DNA of 64,000 bases, taken from Pelagomonas calceolata. Taxonomy: Eukaryota. The stretch covers positions 496,001 through 560,000 of the forward strand of contig CAKKNE010000003.1 of NCBI GenBank assembly GCA_918797485.1. Direction: 5' to 3'. The translations under genes were made by a program, and so were the position numbers. Below are positions 33,734 to 44,967 of the stretch, piece by piece; the stretch's first letter is position 1, and each line of letters begins with the position of its first letter. The notes under the pieces were generated by a model. It searched no databases. It was not told the DNA's origin and saw only the letters and a list, made by a program, of their open reading frames with translations.

Positions 33734-35094
33734 ATGCCAGGCAGCGTGAAATCGGACGTGAGCAGCCTCGCGTCGCCGCCGCGGTCGCAAAGGAAGGGCG
33801 ACAGCAACGGCGCGCTCTCGCCGTCGCCGAAGAAGGCGGAAGGCCCGCTGCCGCCGCCCTCTTCCTACATCCGCGTCGAGTACGGCGATCGGCGGGTCGA
33901 GGTCTACCGCAATCTGAAGGAGCGCGACGTGACGGGGCGAGGCGACGTGTTCATTCTGGAGGGCGAGAATTCCGTGCGCAACCTCGTGCGGAACGGGAGG
34001 ATGCCCCTCGTCTCGGTCTGTCTGTCGGAGCGGCGTCTCAGGCCGATGGCGCCACTGATTGAAGCTCTATCAAGACATAACGTGCCGGTCTACGTCCTGA
34101 AGTCAGACGCGTTTTCTTCTATTGTCGGGTTTAACTTCCATCGCGGCGTCCTCGCGTGCGGCAAGCGGCCCCGACTGTTGGAGCCGCCCGAGGTCGCTCG
34201 TCAACTACCGGGCGAGGGCCACTCCACCATCATCCTGGGCGAGACGATCAACAACTTGGACAATGTCGGAGGCTTATTTAGGAATGCCGCTGCTTTTGGT
34301 TGCGGCGCGGTTTTACTGGATGACAAGTCCGCGGACCCTCTATACAGAAAGGCGTGCCGCGTGTCGGGCGGCCACGCTTTGAATGTTCCCTTTTCGCGGA
34401 TCGGTAGCATTGGGGACGTCATCAGTGCCGCGAAGGCGACGGGTCATGTTGTCGTGGCATTGGTGACACCTTCAACATCCGATCGGGAGAACGCCGTCGA
34501 CGCTGATATTGGTGAACCGATACCATTGGACGCCTGGCGGCCGGGCCACCGGCCAGAGCGTCTGGCGGTGTTGGTCGGCGCCGAGGGGCCGGGTTTAACA
34601 GAAGCAGCGCAGCGCCTCGCGGACGTGCGTTTATGTATACCGATGGACGGCATGGTGCCTTGCGGCGTCCGAAACGCGATTATCCTGAGAACTATTGCTG
34701 AGACCTTCGTCAACCTCCACGCCATCAAGCAGACGCAGTTCTGTGGACAACATCGCGTCGATGGCGTGGAGGTTCCACGCCAGCAGACCCACTCACGGAG
34801 ATAGCATCGCGTCGATGGCGTGGAGTTTGCACGACCGCCGGCGCGAGTCGCACACACGCCGATGAAACACCGGGGGGGGGAAAAGGAAAAAAAAAAAAAA
34901 CACCACGACGCGCGCAGGTGGACTCGGTCAACGTCGCGACGGCCTGCGCCATTGCGTTACATGCGTTAGCCGCGACGCCGGCCGTCGCGGAGCGCGCGCG
35001 CGACCGGCGCCAGCGGCACTATATGATATATGCGCTCGGCGCCGCGTCGGCCCTCGTAGCCGGCGTTTTATTGAGACACCGCCTCGGGAGGTAA
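33734..35094 (+). CDS. SpoU/TrmH RNA methyltransferase; intron 34655-34917
   Basis: NVGGLFRNAAAFG, VGAEGPGL; splicing restores IPMDGM|VDSVNVA; hydrophobic C-terminal tail. Confidence 0.88.
34663..34917 (+). mobile_element. Older introner in the SpoU gene
   Basis: Internal sequence tatcctgagaa.tattgc...aacctccacgccatc shared with the NDUFA8 intron. Confidence 0.7.
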
Positions 35095-35112
35095 TTTTGA
35101 AAGTCTAGTTAG

Positions 35113-35667
35113 TTAGGCCTCTTCCGCTGCTGCTTCTTCTTCTTCATAGACCTCGACGTCCTCCTCCTCCACATAGTCGGCGGCCTCCTCCTCTTCAGAA
35201 GAGGGCGCGGCCTCCTCGGCCGCGGGCTCCTCCTCCTCCTGTGAAGCGGCCTCCTCCTCGGCCGGTGCGTCCGGCACCTTGGGCAGGAACAGGTGCATGG
35301 CCACGGTGATGGAGCCCATGATCATCAAGCGCTTGAGCGCGCCGGTGTCCAAGTCGTTCGCGCTCTCCTCGACGGCCTCCTCCTCCTCTTCATCATCGTC
35401 GTCGCCGTCGCCGTCGTCGCCATCGTCGTCGCCGTCGTCGTCCTCCATGTCGTCCTCGTCGCCGTCGTCGTCTAACTCCTCATCGTCTTCGTCGTCGTCG
35501 ATGGGCGTCGCGACCTCGCCGCCGCCGCGGAGGCACAGCGCTGCTGTTCTTGACTGCGCGAGGGCGTTGGGCGCGGGCGCGAGGGTTCGGCGCGGCCCGA
35601 AAGCGAGCACGAGCCCAGTCTGGGCAATCAGCAGTGCCAGCGCTGCATACCACCGGTGGCCAAGCAT
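35113..35667 (-). CDS. Acidic low-complexity secretory/membrane protein
   Basis: Signal peptide, LRGG motif, D/E runs, one hydrophobic segment. Confidence 0.7.
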   Translation of the reverse strand: MLGHRWYAALALLIAQTGLVLAFGPRRTLAPAPNALAQSRTAALCLRGGGEVATPIDDDEDDEELDDDGDEDDMEDDDGDDDGDDGDGDDDDEEEEEAVEESANDLDTGALKRLMIMGSITVAMHLFLPKVPDAPAEEEAASQEEEEPAAEEAAPSSEEEEAADYVEEEDVEVYEEEEAAAEEA

Positions 35668-35765
35668 GGCAACGGTTACAAGTGGTACTGGGGACGAATT
35701 CTATGCGTACACCGGTCGGGATACGTGCCGCGCGGGCCTACAATCTGTAAAAGCCTGCTGCTTAG

Positions 35766-35785
35766 CTAGTGTCTTACGCCGCTAG
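35766..35785. promoter_or_regulatory. CTAG-box upstream motif
   Basis: ctagtgtcttacgccgctag, centred in a divergent gap. Confidence 0.6.
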
Positions 35786-35878
35786 CTCCTCGGCAGAAAA
35801 CGCGGCGGCCTTCGCCAATTGTGGCACTAGCTGTCATTTGGAAACGTGCGAGGAAGCCTACGTATCCATTCAGACGCG

Positions 35879-38316
35879 ATGCAACAGCAAGCGGCGTCGC
35901 GGCGCGCGCCGCTGCCGCGCTGGGCACGACTGGCGCTGGGCACAGCAGCCGTCGCCTCCATCGTACTCGCGATACAATGGCGACGCAACACGTCAACGCC
36001 GGACTACCTCCAGGCCTGCCTCAACGGCGAAGCACCGAAACGAGCGGTCCTCTACGAGACGAGGCTCGAGGACAAGAAGAGGGGCGGCCGCACGCTCCAG
36101 ACGCATTGGCTGCGGAACTGCGGCCTGCATTTACAGAAGAAACCGATGCAGCTCGACGCAACGATCGCGAACGGTATTGGCTATGTGCAAGTGGACACGT
36201 CCAAAAAGTACCAAACGATAGAAGGGTTTGGAGGAGCTTTTACGGAGGCTTCCGCCAAGACCTGGATGCGCTTACCGCTTCACGAAAGGAAGCGCGTCAT
36301 CGACCTGTATTTCGGTGAGAATGGTGCTGGTTATACGGTAGGACGAGTACATATGAACTCGTGCGACTTTTGCGTAGAATCGTACGATTTCGCTCCCGTG
36401 GATGACGACTATGAGCTGAAGCATTTCGATGGTTCGGTGAAACACGACCAGGCGGAGATGATTCCCCTGATGCGGGCGGCGAAGCAAGCTGTTAACAAGC
36501 GAGGCCAAGATTTCAAATTGTTCGCCTCACCGTGGTCGCCACCAGCTTGGCTCAAGGCACCTAATTCTATTCCTCCGATGCGTCCGACGATAACCTTTGA
36601 TCACAATAGAAGCATGCTCGGGTCGGCGCACCCGCTCGGGCTGCGGAATTCTCCGGAAGCGTTTGCCGCGTGGGCGCTTTATTATTCGAAGTTCGCTGAT
36701 GCTTATAATAAACAAAACTTGACGTTGTGGGGCTTCACGGTGCAGAACGAGCCCGAGTTCTCGGCGCCGTGCGACGCGGCGTCCTTTGTATTTCCGCGCG
36801 GCCGCCGAGATGCGACCTCGCGTCGATGGCGTCGAGTGCCACGCCATCGCGACGGCGTCTCGTCACACTAACAGCCAGTTTCGCGAGTACGCCGTCGCGT
36901 CGATGGCGTCGAGGGAGCACAAACGCACAGAGTATAGAACACACACACGAGTACACGTCGCAAAAACACCACAGAAAAAAAACACACAGGTGGGAGGCCT
37001 GTCGCTGGAACGCTTCTTCCACAACAGATTTCGTCAGAGATTACTTAGGGCCGCGGCTGGAAAAGGACCACCCCTCGCTACTCCTATTCGTCTTCGACCA
37101 CAACCGGGACCACCTCGTGGCGTGGGGCGATACTGTATATGGAGACAAAGACGCGTCCAAGTACGTGGACGGCCTGGCCTTCCACTGGTACGCTGGTGGA
37201 CTCAATAGAGACCTAGATGGTGCTGTTGCGCATTATGCCGTCGATAGCGCTTATGAGAAGTTTCCAGACGCTAAGTTGTTACCGTCCGAGGGTTGCAATT
37301 GCCCGGGCGTCAAGGACTCGGATCTCTTACGTTCCGAAAGGTACGCGCACGACATGCTTCGCGTTTTGAAGAGTGGAGCCTGCGGCTGGGTCGACTGGAA
37401 TTTACTGTTAGATTATACGGGCGGGCCGAACCATCTAGGTAATGACTGCGACGCGCCGATCCATGCTAAACGTAATTTCGATGGGGTCGTGGTCCAGTCG
37501 TACTTGGATGTCATCTCGCATTTCTCGAAGCACATCCTACCTGGTAGTAGACGAGTACAGACTGATGTGAGAGGCGCCTTCGACCGAGGCGCCCAAGTCA
37601 CAGAGGCTCGAGCGTCCGTCGGGTTTGAACTGACCATGTGGCCCTGCGAGGGGCCACCCTCATCTCCGACACCGCGCCAGAACTGGCGGTTGACCAATGA
37701 GACCTTCCTCGAGATGATCGACCACACGCAAAAGGACAACAAGTGGAAGCAGTACTGTGTTGGGGAATCGAACGACCCCAATCTCAAGACTCTATCGTTA
37801 GTAAGCTGCCAGTGGGGCCGCGAGCACGCCGGGGCGGCCACGGGCAAATTTGCATTCGACGGAGGGAAGCTGCGCGAGACGGACTCGGACACGTGTTTAA
37901 CATATGCTTCCGATCTAACAATGGACGGCGCGCCTCTGGCATTGGGAGCCTGCGACGAAGCGCCCTCCTTTACGATGGCGCACGGTTCAATAATGACGGA
38001 TGGCAGATGCGTGACGGCGGGCTGGCCGTTCTTCCAGGGCGCGGCGTTCGAGCGACCGGACGGCGCCGTGGCCGTGGTGGTCGTGAACGAGGCCGGTAGT
38101 GCAGCCCAGTTCGAGCTCGAGGTCGACGGCGATTTGGTTTTAAGGTCGATCGGGCCGCATTCGATCAACACGTTCGTTGTGCGCGAGGTCGACGGCGGCG
38201 GCGGCGGCGGCTGGGGCGGCGAGCACGGCGGCGGCGGCTATTCGGGATTTGGTGGGGGCGGCAGTGGCGGCTGGGGCGAGTGGGGCGGAGAGGGCGGCGG
38301 CGGGGGGCGCCTATAA
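35879..38316 (+). CDS. GH30 glucosylceramidase-like protein with a ricin-B-like insert and Gly-rich tail; intron 36769-36989
   Basis: QTIEGFGGAFT, FASPWSPPAW, QNEP..AP|WE, AFHWY, SEGC, WVDWNL, GGPNH. Confidence 0.9.
36777..36989 (+). mobile_element. Older introner in the GH30 gene
   Basis: TSD 6/8 (GTGCGACG/GTGGGAGG); starts CGGCGTCC; CGCGTCGATGGCG cores. Confidence 0.65.
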
Positions 38317-38606
38317 ATTCGTAGTGTTTATTTTTTCGTCCTGCGGCGTCTGTCACTGGCACGACCGCCGCGGCCGCGGTCGGGTTTGGCGTCTGGGTTG
38401 CTTTGCTTCGAGCTAGGCCGCCTAGCCGCGGCACCGACGCGTGACAGTACGCCAGCCCCCGGCCCTCGTGATTTCTCTATAGAGGATTGAAAACGCCGTC
38501 GTCGGTGTGTGGAGGCACCCCACGCCATCGACGCGACTCGTCACGGAACCCGTCTCGCCCCCGGCCCTCGTACGCCGCCGCCCCAAGTGTTATCCAAACC
38601 ACATAC

Positions 38607-39617
38607 TTACGGCGGCGCCCGCGCGAACCAGGCGAACCGCACCTCCGAAGTAGAGTTCGGCGCGCGCGACGCGCGCAGCGACCGGTAGTTCGCGAAGGCC
38701 GCGAGCGGACTCAAGTAGGCCAGGCCGAGCTCGAGCTCGTGCGACCGGTGCGCGTCGTGCACGAGCACGTCCACCCTCCGATCCGGGTGGCTCGCGGCCT
38801 GGCGCCTCACAATCTCGGCCGCGCGGGCGACGGGCGCGGCGCGTCCACTGGAATCCTTCTGGACGGAGTCCGGCCCGTCGACGATAACCAAGTCCCAGAA
38901 GATGTGCGCCTCGTCGCGGAAGTCGTACGACGGCGCGTCGATTATCAGTTTCTTTGGGTCCGTCGCATACGGGCTCGCCTCCCAGGAGCTCTTCGGGGCC
39001 GACGCGTAGCGCACGACGTAGGCGTTGAGGCCCTCGTCGCGCGCGGCCCTCACGGCGTCTTCCCGATGGTCCAGGAACACTAAACGATGGCCCGCGTCCG
39101 TCCAGCGCTTCCCGTCGCCCGGCAGGCCGAACACGAGACAGTTCTTCTTCACGATGCTCCGGCCCGTGCGGCGCACGCCCCGGACCTTGCCGGGGTGGTA
39201 GCTCCCGCCCGGCCGACTTAGTAGTGCCAACACAAGCGCCCGGTCCGCGGCGCTCATGCGGCCCTTGGCGCGACCTCTCATATCCGTCGGCGTCTCGTTT
39301 ACGTAGCTGCGGTCCTCTTCTGATAGTAGATTCGTCAAGACGAGCCGCGCGTCGGCGCCGGCTTGTAGGTCCAGCGTGGCCCGGACCAATTGGTCAGCTA
39401 TGGGTGGCGCGAGGTGGTGCAGCTTCGGTGCTTTGTGTTTGGGCTCGCGCCGTTTGATCGTCAGGGACGCGACGGCGACGGCTATTAGTACACAGACGGG
39501 GACGAGGCGCCAGATGGGCCGGCGCTGCTTCTCGTAGAAGCCGCGGCCTCCTTTCGGGCGCCACTCCTTGGTGTCCGTCTTCCAGGTGCCGCCGGTGGCC
39601 AGCCTGACATTCGACAT
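38607..39617 (-). CDS. Type II membrane protein with a methyltransferase-like domain; 3' end uncertain
   Basis: Transmembrane anchor; CLVFGL, WDLVIVDGP...GR, VLVHDAHR..E (polysaccharide methyltransferase-like). The stop overlaps a GTAAGT donor. Confidence 0.65.
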   Translation of the reverse strand: MSNVRLATGGTWKTDTKEWRPKGGRGFYEKQRRPIWRLVPVCVLIAVAVASLTIKRREPKHKAPKLHHLAPPIADQLVRATLDLQAGADARLVLTNLLSEEDRSYVNETPTDMRGRAKGRMSAADRALVLALLSRPGGSYHPGKVRGVRRTGRSIVKKNCLVFGLPGDGKRWTDAGHRLVFLDHREDAVRAARDEGLNAYVVRYASAPKSSWEASPYATDPKKLIIDAPSYDFRDEAHIFWDLVIVDGPDSVQKDSSGRAAPVARAAEIVRRQAASHPDRRVDVLVHDAHRSHELELGLAYLSPLAAFANYRSLRASRAPNSTSEVRFAWFARAPP

Positions 39618-39755
39618 GGCTGCCTGGGGGGCAGCGGATTCCTTTGTGGTGAGTCAAGGGCAGCCTTGCGAGCCCTCAATTCCCAACCTTAGGTCGCGTG
39701 TGGGTTGCGTAAGCGCGTGACAGTCGCTTGGCTGCCAAAAAAAAAAATTGCATTG

Positions 39756-39776
39756 CTAGTGTCTTACTGCCGCTAG
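39756..39776. promoter_or_regulatory. CTAG-box upstream motif
   Basis: ctagtgtcttactgccgctag, in a divergent gap. Confidence 0.6.
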
Positions 39777-39940
39777 CTCTGCTGGCTCTCCCGGCCTAAT
39801 TGAGGGTCTCCGCTGAAGCACGACACAGCTGACACAGGTTTTCAACGACGCCTGCTGCTTGCTGGTGTCTTCACCGGCCGCAGCTGCCCTGAATTGCGAG
39901 TCGTGCTGCCCGCTCTCAGTACATCAGACAACGAGCAATA

Positions 39941-41093
39941 ATGGAAACGCGCTGCATTCCATGCCAGACCCAGCTCGACTACGGCGTGCCGAGCGCTCCG
40001 AACTACGTCGAAAACGGTGAGCTATCGGCCACGGCTACACGAGCGCTGGACGACGTTTTGCGGCGCGTCGACGACGCGATCGCGCGCGGCTGGAGGCGGA
40101 CCGGCGACGACAGCGTCTATGTAGGAGACCCCGGCGTGGCGTACTACCTGATGCGACGGGGCGACGTCGACGCGGCCCGCGAGCTGGTTGGACCGCCGTC
40201 GAGGCCGCGCCCCGCGAAGGCGAAGGACTGCTCTATCATGTGCGGACGGACGGGTGTGGACCTCGTCGCGGCGTTGTGCGCGCCCCGGGACGACGCGTTT
40301 CTGCAGCGCGCGGCGGCGATCGTCGCGCGGACGGATGTGGCGTGTTCGGAGCTCCTGGAGGCCGACGAGTGGCTCTACGGCCGCGTCGGATTCCTGCGCG
40401 CGCTCTTGGAACTGCGGCGGGAAGGGCGCGCGGTGCCGGGCCTGGACGACGCAATTCAACGCGTCGTCGCCGCGACGCTAGCGTCCGGGCGCCATGGCGA
40501 CGGCCTGCGCTACGCGTGGCATGGCAAGGAGTATGTCGGCGCGGCCCACGGCTACGCCGGTATTTTGTACCTCCTGCTGAAGGCCGGCTGCCGCGACCCG
40601 GCCCTGCGCGCGCTGGCAGATTGGCTGCGGGACCTCGAGACGCGCGAGGGCAACTGGCCGTCGTCGCTGCCTGCGACGCGCGAGGCGCGACTCGTGCATT
40701 TTTGTCACGGCGCGCAGAAGCGTTGTATTCGCGATGGCCGAGGCGCACCGCGTCTATGGCGACGAGTCCTTCCGGGACGCGTGCCTGCGCGGGGCCGAGA
40801 CTGTGTGGCACTTCGGACTCCTGACCAAGGGCCCTGGGCTCTGCCACGGCGTCGCGGGCAATGGGTATGCGCTACTTGCCGCGTATCGCGTCTCGCGCGA
40901 CCCCAGATGGTTGCACCGCGCCGTCGTTTTTGGGACGTGCATAGGGGACGACGGCGTCTGCGCCCGGCAGCGGACGCCGGACAACCCGTTCTCGCTCTTC
41001 GAGGGGCTCGCGGGGAGCGCGTGTTTTCTGAGAGACCTCCGCGAATCGCTTATTGGTGCGGGGCTGCCGTTGTACGAGGTGGATGTGGGGTAG
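39941..41093 (+). pseudogene. LanC-like protein with a +1 frameshift near 40714-40720
   Basis: SVYVG, EWLYGRVG, YVGAAHGYAG, LVHFCHGA / (next frame) VVFAM...GLCHGVAGNGY...PFSLFEG. Confidence 0.75.
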
Positions 41094-41511
41094 GTATAAA
41101 GTGCTTGCCAGTGCCCGGCGCGGGCCCCTGCCGCCCGCGCGGGGTCTAAATTGTATAGTCGAACTGTCCTTTCTTTTGTCCGGAGGTGTCTTGAGGCCTC
41201 TCTGGACACCTCTCGGGCAACTGCCCGGGCGTGCTCGATGGCCTTGGCTCACAAAGCTCGACCGCGCAGAACACCAAGTCGCGCGCAACGTCCCAAAGAA
41301 ATCCAGCGCGTTCGAAGTACGCCTTTTTGGTTGCTCAACCCCCCACGCGCGACGCCGCGTCCTGCGCAAGCCGTAGGACTAATACCTCAATCGTCTGTAG
41401 CCACTGTTCAGACTGCAGGCGCCGCACGCGCCGCCCCGGGGACGGCAGAAGCTTTCGCGGACCCCGCGCGGCTCCCGAGTCCGCGCCCCCCGCAGAAACC
41501 AACAATTCACG

Positions 41512-41768
41512 ATGACGCGCTTCTCGACCGTCCTCCTCCTCGCCATAGCGGGCTGAACGTCCCGTTAGATAGCAGCATCATCGATACGCCGGAGTTCTGC
41601 TTTGAAATCTGCTTAGCTATCTACAACGTCGACCTCGTGGCCATCGACTGGTACCCCAACGGTGATTGCTACTGCCAGGACGACTGCGCGTGCATGCTGG
41701 ACGTCGGCGGTGATGCGACCACCATCACGCGCGACTCGGCGGTCGACGCGCTGCCCTCCGCGTGCTAA
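41512..41768 (+). pseudogene. Broken small Cys-rich secreted protein
   Basis: Signal peptide MTRFSTVLLLAIAG stops at 41556; the Cys-rich domain (CFEIC...CYCQDDCAC) lies in another frame. Confidence 0.5.
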
Positions 41769-41909
41769 GGTCCCGCGGTCCTAGGCCGCGGACCCACCGC
41801 CGGCTCGAAGCAGCGACAAAGCGCGCTCGCCGGTCCCCTTCCCCCATTCTGCTCGCGCATGCCACTCCCGGACGGAGGAGGCGCGTAAAGATTTCGTGCG
41901 TACACAACG

Positions 41910-43542
41910 TTATGAATTACGAGGCCCCCGCACCCGGAACCCACTCCCCGCCGGCAGCGCGTCGTCGCAGCCCCGCGCGAACTCCGGGTTCGGGTGGTCG
42001 ACCGTCGTTCGTGGAGCTGGCCGGACGTGATCGGCGACGCCGACGACGCGCTTCGGACCTACCTCAAGGCCATCCACAGCCGGCAGATCATCGTCGGAAC
42101 CCTCCTCCGCGACCGCGTCCAGGGTCCCGTCATTAATATCGTTCAAGCCTAGCTCCTCGTCCTCGTCGAAGGTTCTGTCATAATCTTCCACGGTCAAATT
42201 GGGGTCGGGAGGCGCCTCGCCCGCCTCGGAGATGGGCGAGAAGGACGCGGCGTCCCGCCGCGGCCCGATGAAGCTATTCGCGAGGGGATCCTGCCTGTGC
42301 AAAAATCAAAGAGTGAGTCGGGTGCGCGCCGCGACAAGTTGTATGCACTGCATCCTGCATAATCACAGTGAACGGAAAGACCTTGCCGTCGCGCAGCGCC
42401 CTTACTCGATCCAAGAAGGCCTCGAACTTCCGGCGGTTCTCGGTCTCCGCGCTATCACCAAAGGGGTTGCCCCGTAACAACGCGTCCACGATCTTGTCGA
42501 GGCAGCCTTCCAGAGTGGTGTAGACCGAGCCCAACGTGCCGTGGACGAGCTCCAAATCCAGCTCCGGGATCGTCACCGCCGCGGTATCGGACTTCAAAAC
42601 ATCTCTAAGCAAGTCGCCCTCGTCGACGCACTTTAATGTAGCTCGGCAGCCCTTGAGCGGCACGGCGCCGCCGCCCTTCACCTCCGCATTCCGATACCCG
42701 CACGCCGCGCACGAAAAGGACATGATGACGCACTCCTTGAAGTACGGAATCTTGGCCACGCACATCTGCTCCTCGCCCGGCGCTCTGCAGTGGGGGCAGT
42801 CCACGCCGAAGGTCATCACTTCTCTTTCTTCCGACGGCTTCGCCAGCATATCGTCGACACCCTCCACGGTCTTCGACGTGCTCGACTCGCCCGGCCGAAA
42901 TCCCAGGGCGATGGCGTCGGCGTCCGTGCGCTCGTAGTGCGTCGTTGTAAGAGCACTGTCCGGCTGAGAAAGGGGCTGCACGAAGGAGTTGCCCGCCGGG
43001 TCGTCCACAATCAGCTGGAATTCATCAAAGTCGCCGGCCGCGCGGTCTCGCAGCGCATCGATCACCCTCTGAACCTTGCGGCCTACTTCAACGTCGGCCA
43101 CGAGCCGCTGCGGCTGCAGGGCCGCGAGCTCGTCGGCGGCTCTGGTTAACACGCCCTCAACGGTGGTCACGACCCCGCGCTGCGTCGCCGCCGGGATCTC
43201 CAACTCCAGGTCCGGGACCAGTACTTTGCACGACTCGCTCTTGACGACCTGCCTATCTAGATCCTCCCTGGAAGAACATGTCACGGCCATGCGACACCCT
43301 TTCGGTTGCGTCTCGCCGCCGAATTGCACCTCCGTGTTCCGCTCGCCGCAGTGGGGACACGCGAAGCTCGACAATAACACTTCGCGAAATAAGGGGATCT
43401 TCGTGAGCATGATGCGCGTCTCGCCACTCCCGCCGCAGGCCATGCACAGCGAGTCGGGTACTATACTAATGTTGTCGAGCGTGAGGTCGACCTCGGCCTG
43501 CTCGGCGCTCTCGCCGATGGTCTTGGCCTCGACGGCGCTCAT
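41910..43542 (-). CDS. ZPR1: Zinc finger protein ZPR1; 64-nt non-GT intron 42295-42358
   Basis: Two ZPR1 modules (SLCMAC...FREV..SF.C.HCG; DCPHC...FKE..IMS.C..CGYRN); splicing restores IMQDPLANSFI. Confidence 0.92.
42295..42350 (-). mobile_element. Internally deleted introner in ZPR1
   Basis: TSD GCAGGATG/GCAGGATC; 3' end TTGATTTTTGCACAG. Confidence 0.75.
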
Positions 43543-43774
43543 CGTTGCTGTGCAGTGCTGGAAGCGGCGGCTGGCGTCTAGTTGTGCTTCAGTGCTGTCA
43601 GCCTGCGTGCAGCAGTGCTGCAACTAATCACAGGCGTCGCCCGAGAGCTCGATTTCTTGTGACAGGTCACAGATGAGTGCCTAATGGCAGTGACTCGCTC
43701 CGGTTGCAGTGCTGCGAGTCAAGCGCGTTCGTTAGCGCCGGTATCGCCACGCACAAATGCCAGGGCTTGGCTTC

Positions 43775-43796
43775 CTAGTGTCTTTTAGACCGCTAG
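43775..43796. promoter_or_regulatory. CTAG-box upstream motif
   Basis: ctagtgtcttttagaccgctag, upstream of ZPR1. Confidence 0.55.
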
Positions 43797-43862
43797 CTCC
43801 GCGAACGTTGCACACTGTTCGGGGGGGGTTGCCGAGGCGGCTCTGCTTAGAAGAAGGTACGT

Positions 43863-43963
43863 TGTTATGACAGAAGCGGCACGCCCGCCGCCGGTGAATC
43901 GGCGACGCGCGGTGTCTCCCACCCAGCCCAGGGGCTCCGCCCACTAGTCCTAGCACCGTAACA
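43863..43963. repeat. TGTTA...TAACA solo-LTR-like element
   Basis: Inverted 5-bp termini; near-identical core at 4115-4195. Confidence 0.7.
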
Positions 43964-43998
43964 AAGAATCGGAAGACGTGAAGAAAACAACAACAAAA

Positions 43999-44640
43999 TT
44001 ACGCTTCTTCATCGTACGTCGCCTCGAAGATGTCCTCGCACTCGTACGCGAAGTCGTCGCCGTGCTCGACCTCGCCGCAGTGCGCCTGGAACGCGTCGGA
44101 GTCGACGAGCTTCGCGCCGCAGCCGCAGCACCGGATGCGGTAGATCTTCTCCGACGCGTCGCGCCGCGCGACCTTCTCGCGGTGCCGCACGGCGATGTCC
44201 CGCGCCGCGGCCTCGAACGCCGCGCCCGCGCCGTCGAGGAACTGCGGCGTCTCGGCGCCGTCGCTCAGCCCCACGAGCGGGTCGTAGTGCGTCCCCGTGT
44301 ACAGGACGTAGATCGTGGGACCTTTGTCTCCATAGTTCAGGGTCGCGTCCGCCGACACGACACAAATGCACCGCCGGAAATGGTTCGCGAGCGCGATGAT
44401 TTCGTGCTCGCCGCCCCAGTTGTGCGGCTTCTGGATCCATTCGGCGTACTCGTCGACGGGCGAGCCCAGCAAGACCGCGCGCGCCTCGGGGTCCGGGTCG
44501 GCCGTCGCTGCCTCGGCGCAGACGCGGCGCAGCTCCTTCTGCGTCGCGTCCGAGACGGCGTCGGGGCCGTCAACCAAGTAGGCGACGGCGTAAAAGAGGC
44601 AGGAATTGTCGTTGGGCACCGAGCGGCGCACGCATTCCAT
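43999..44640 (-). CDS. OTU1: OTU1/YOD1-like deubiquitinase
   Basis: VPNDNSCLF, WGG, YTGTHYD, C-terminal Zn-finger-like CCGC..H. Confidence 0.85.
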   Translation of the reverse strand: MECVRRSVPNDNSCLFYAVAYLVDGPDAVSDATQKELRRVCAEAATADPDPEARAVLLGSPVDEYAEWIQKPHNWGGEHEIIALANHFRRCICVVSADATLNYGDKGPTIYVLYTGTHYDPLVGLSDGAETPQFLDGAGAAFEAAARDIAVRHREKVARRDASEKIYRIRCCGCGAKLVDSDAFQAHCGEVEHGDDFAYECEDIFEATYDEEA

Positions 44641-44883
44641 GACTGCTTGTTTTGTTAATTGTGCGCGGCGAGCGCGTTGTTTGCTTCGGCGCGCGGCGAC
44701 GGCGTGCAGGTGGCGATGGCGTGCAGCGGGCCCGAGGGGAGTGGAGAGGTGGGCGTCGGAGGCCGCAGAAATAGCGCACAGCTGTACCGTCGCAAGAATG
44801 TGAGGCGCAGGGATGCTGGATGCAGTTCAGCGGCTCCTGTAAGGCCCACGTTAGCAAATCGGCAAAGCTCCGCTTTTGCGCAG

Positions 44884-44904
44884 CTAGCGGTTGTAAGACA
44901 CTAG
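44884..44904. promoter_or_regulatory. CTAG-box upstream motif
   Basis: ctagcggttgtaagacactag, in a divergent gap. Confidence 0.6.
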
Positions 44905-44967
44905 CTAGCTCGGCACCTGCGTCGGTCGCTACTAGCGAACGAGGCCGGGCTTTCCTTTTTCGCGGTC

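Noticed and set aside
34872..34900. G and A homopolymer runs as a retroposon tail
   Set aside because: Lies inside an intron near the acceptor; A-rich tracts also precede other acceptors (36961-36989)
15387..41556. Selenocysteine read-through at TGA 15387 and 41554
   Set aside because: The coding sequence continues in a different frame, so read-through would not restore the proteins
43863..43963. 3' element as a SECIS
   Set aside because: No ATGA..AA..GA core in the sense orientation, and the adjacent genes lack in-frame TGA
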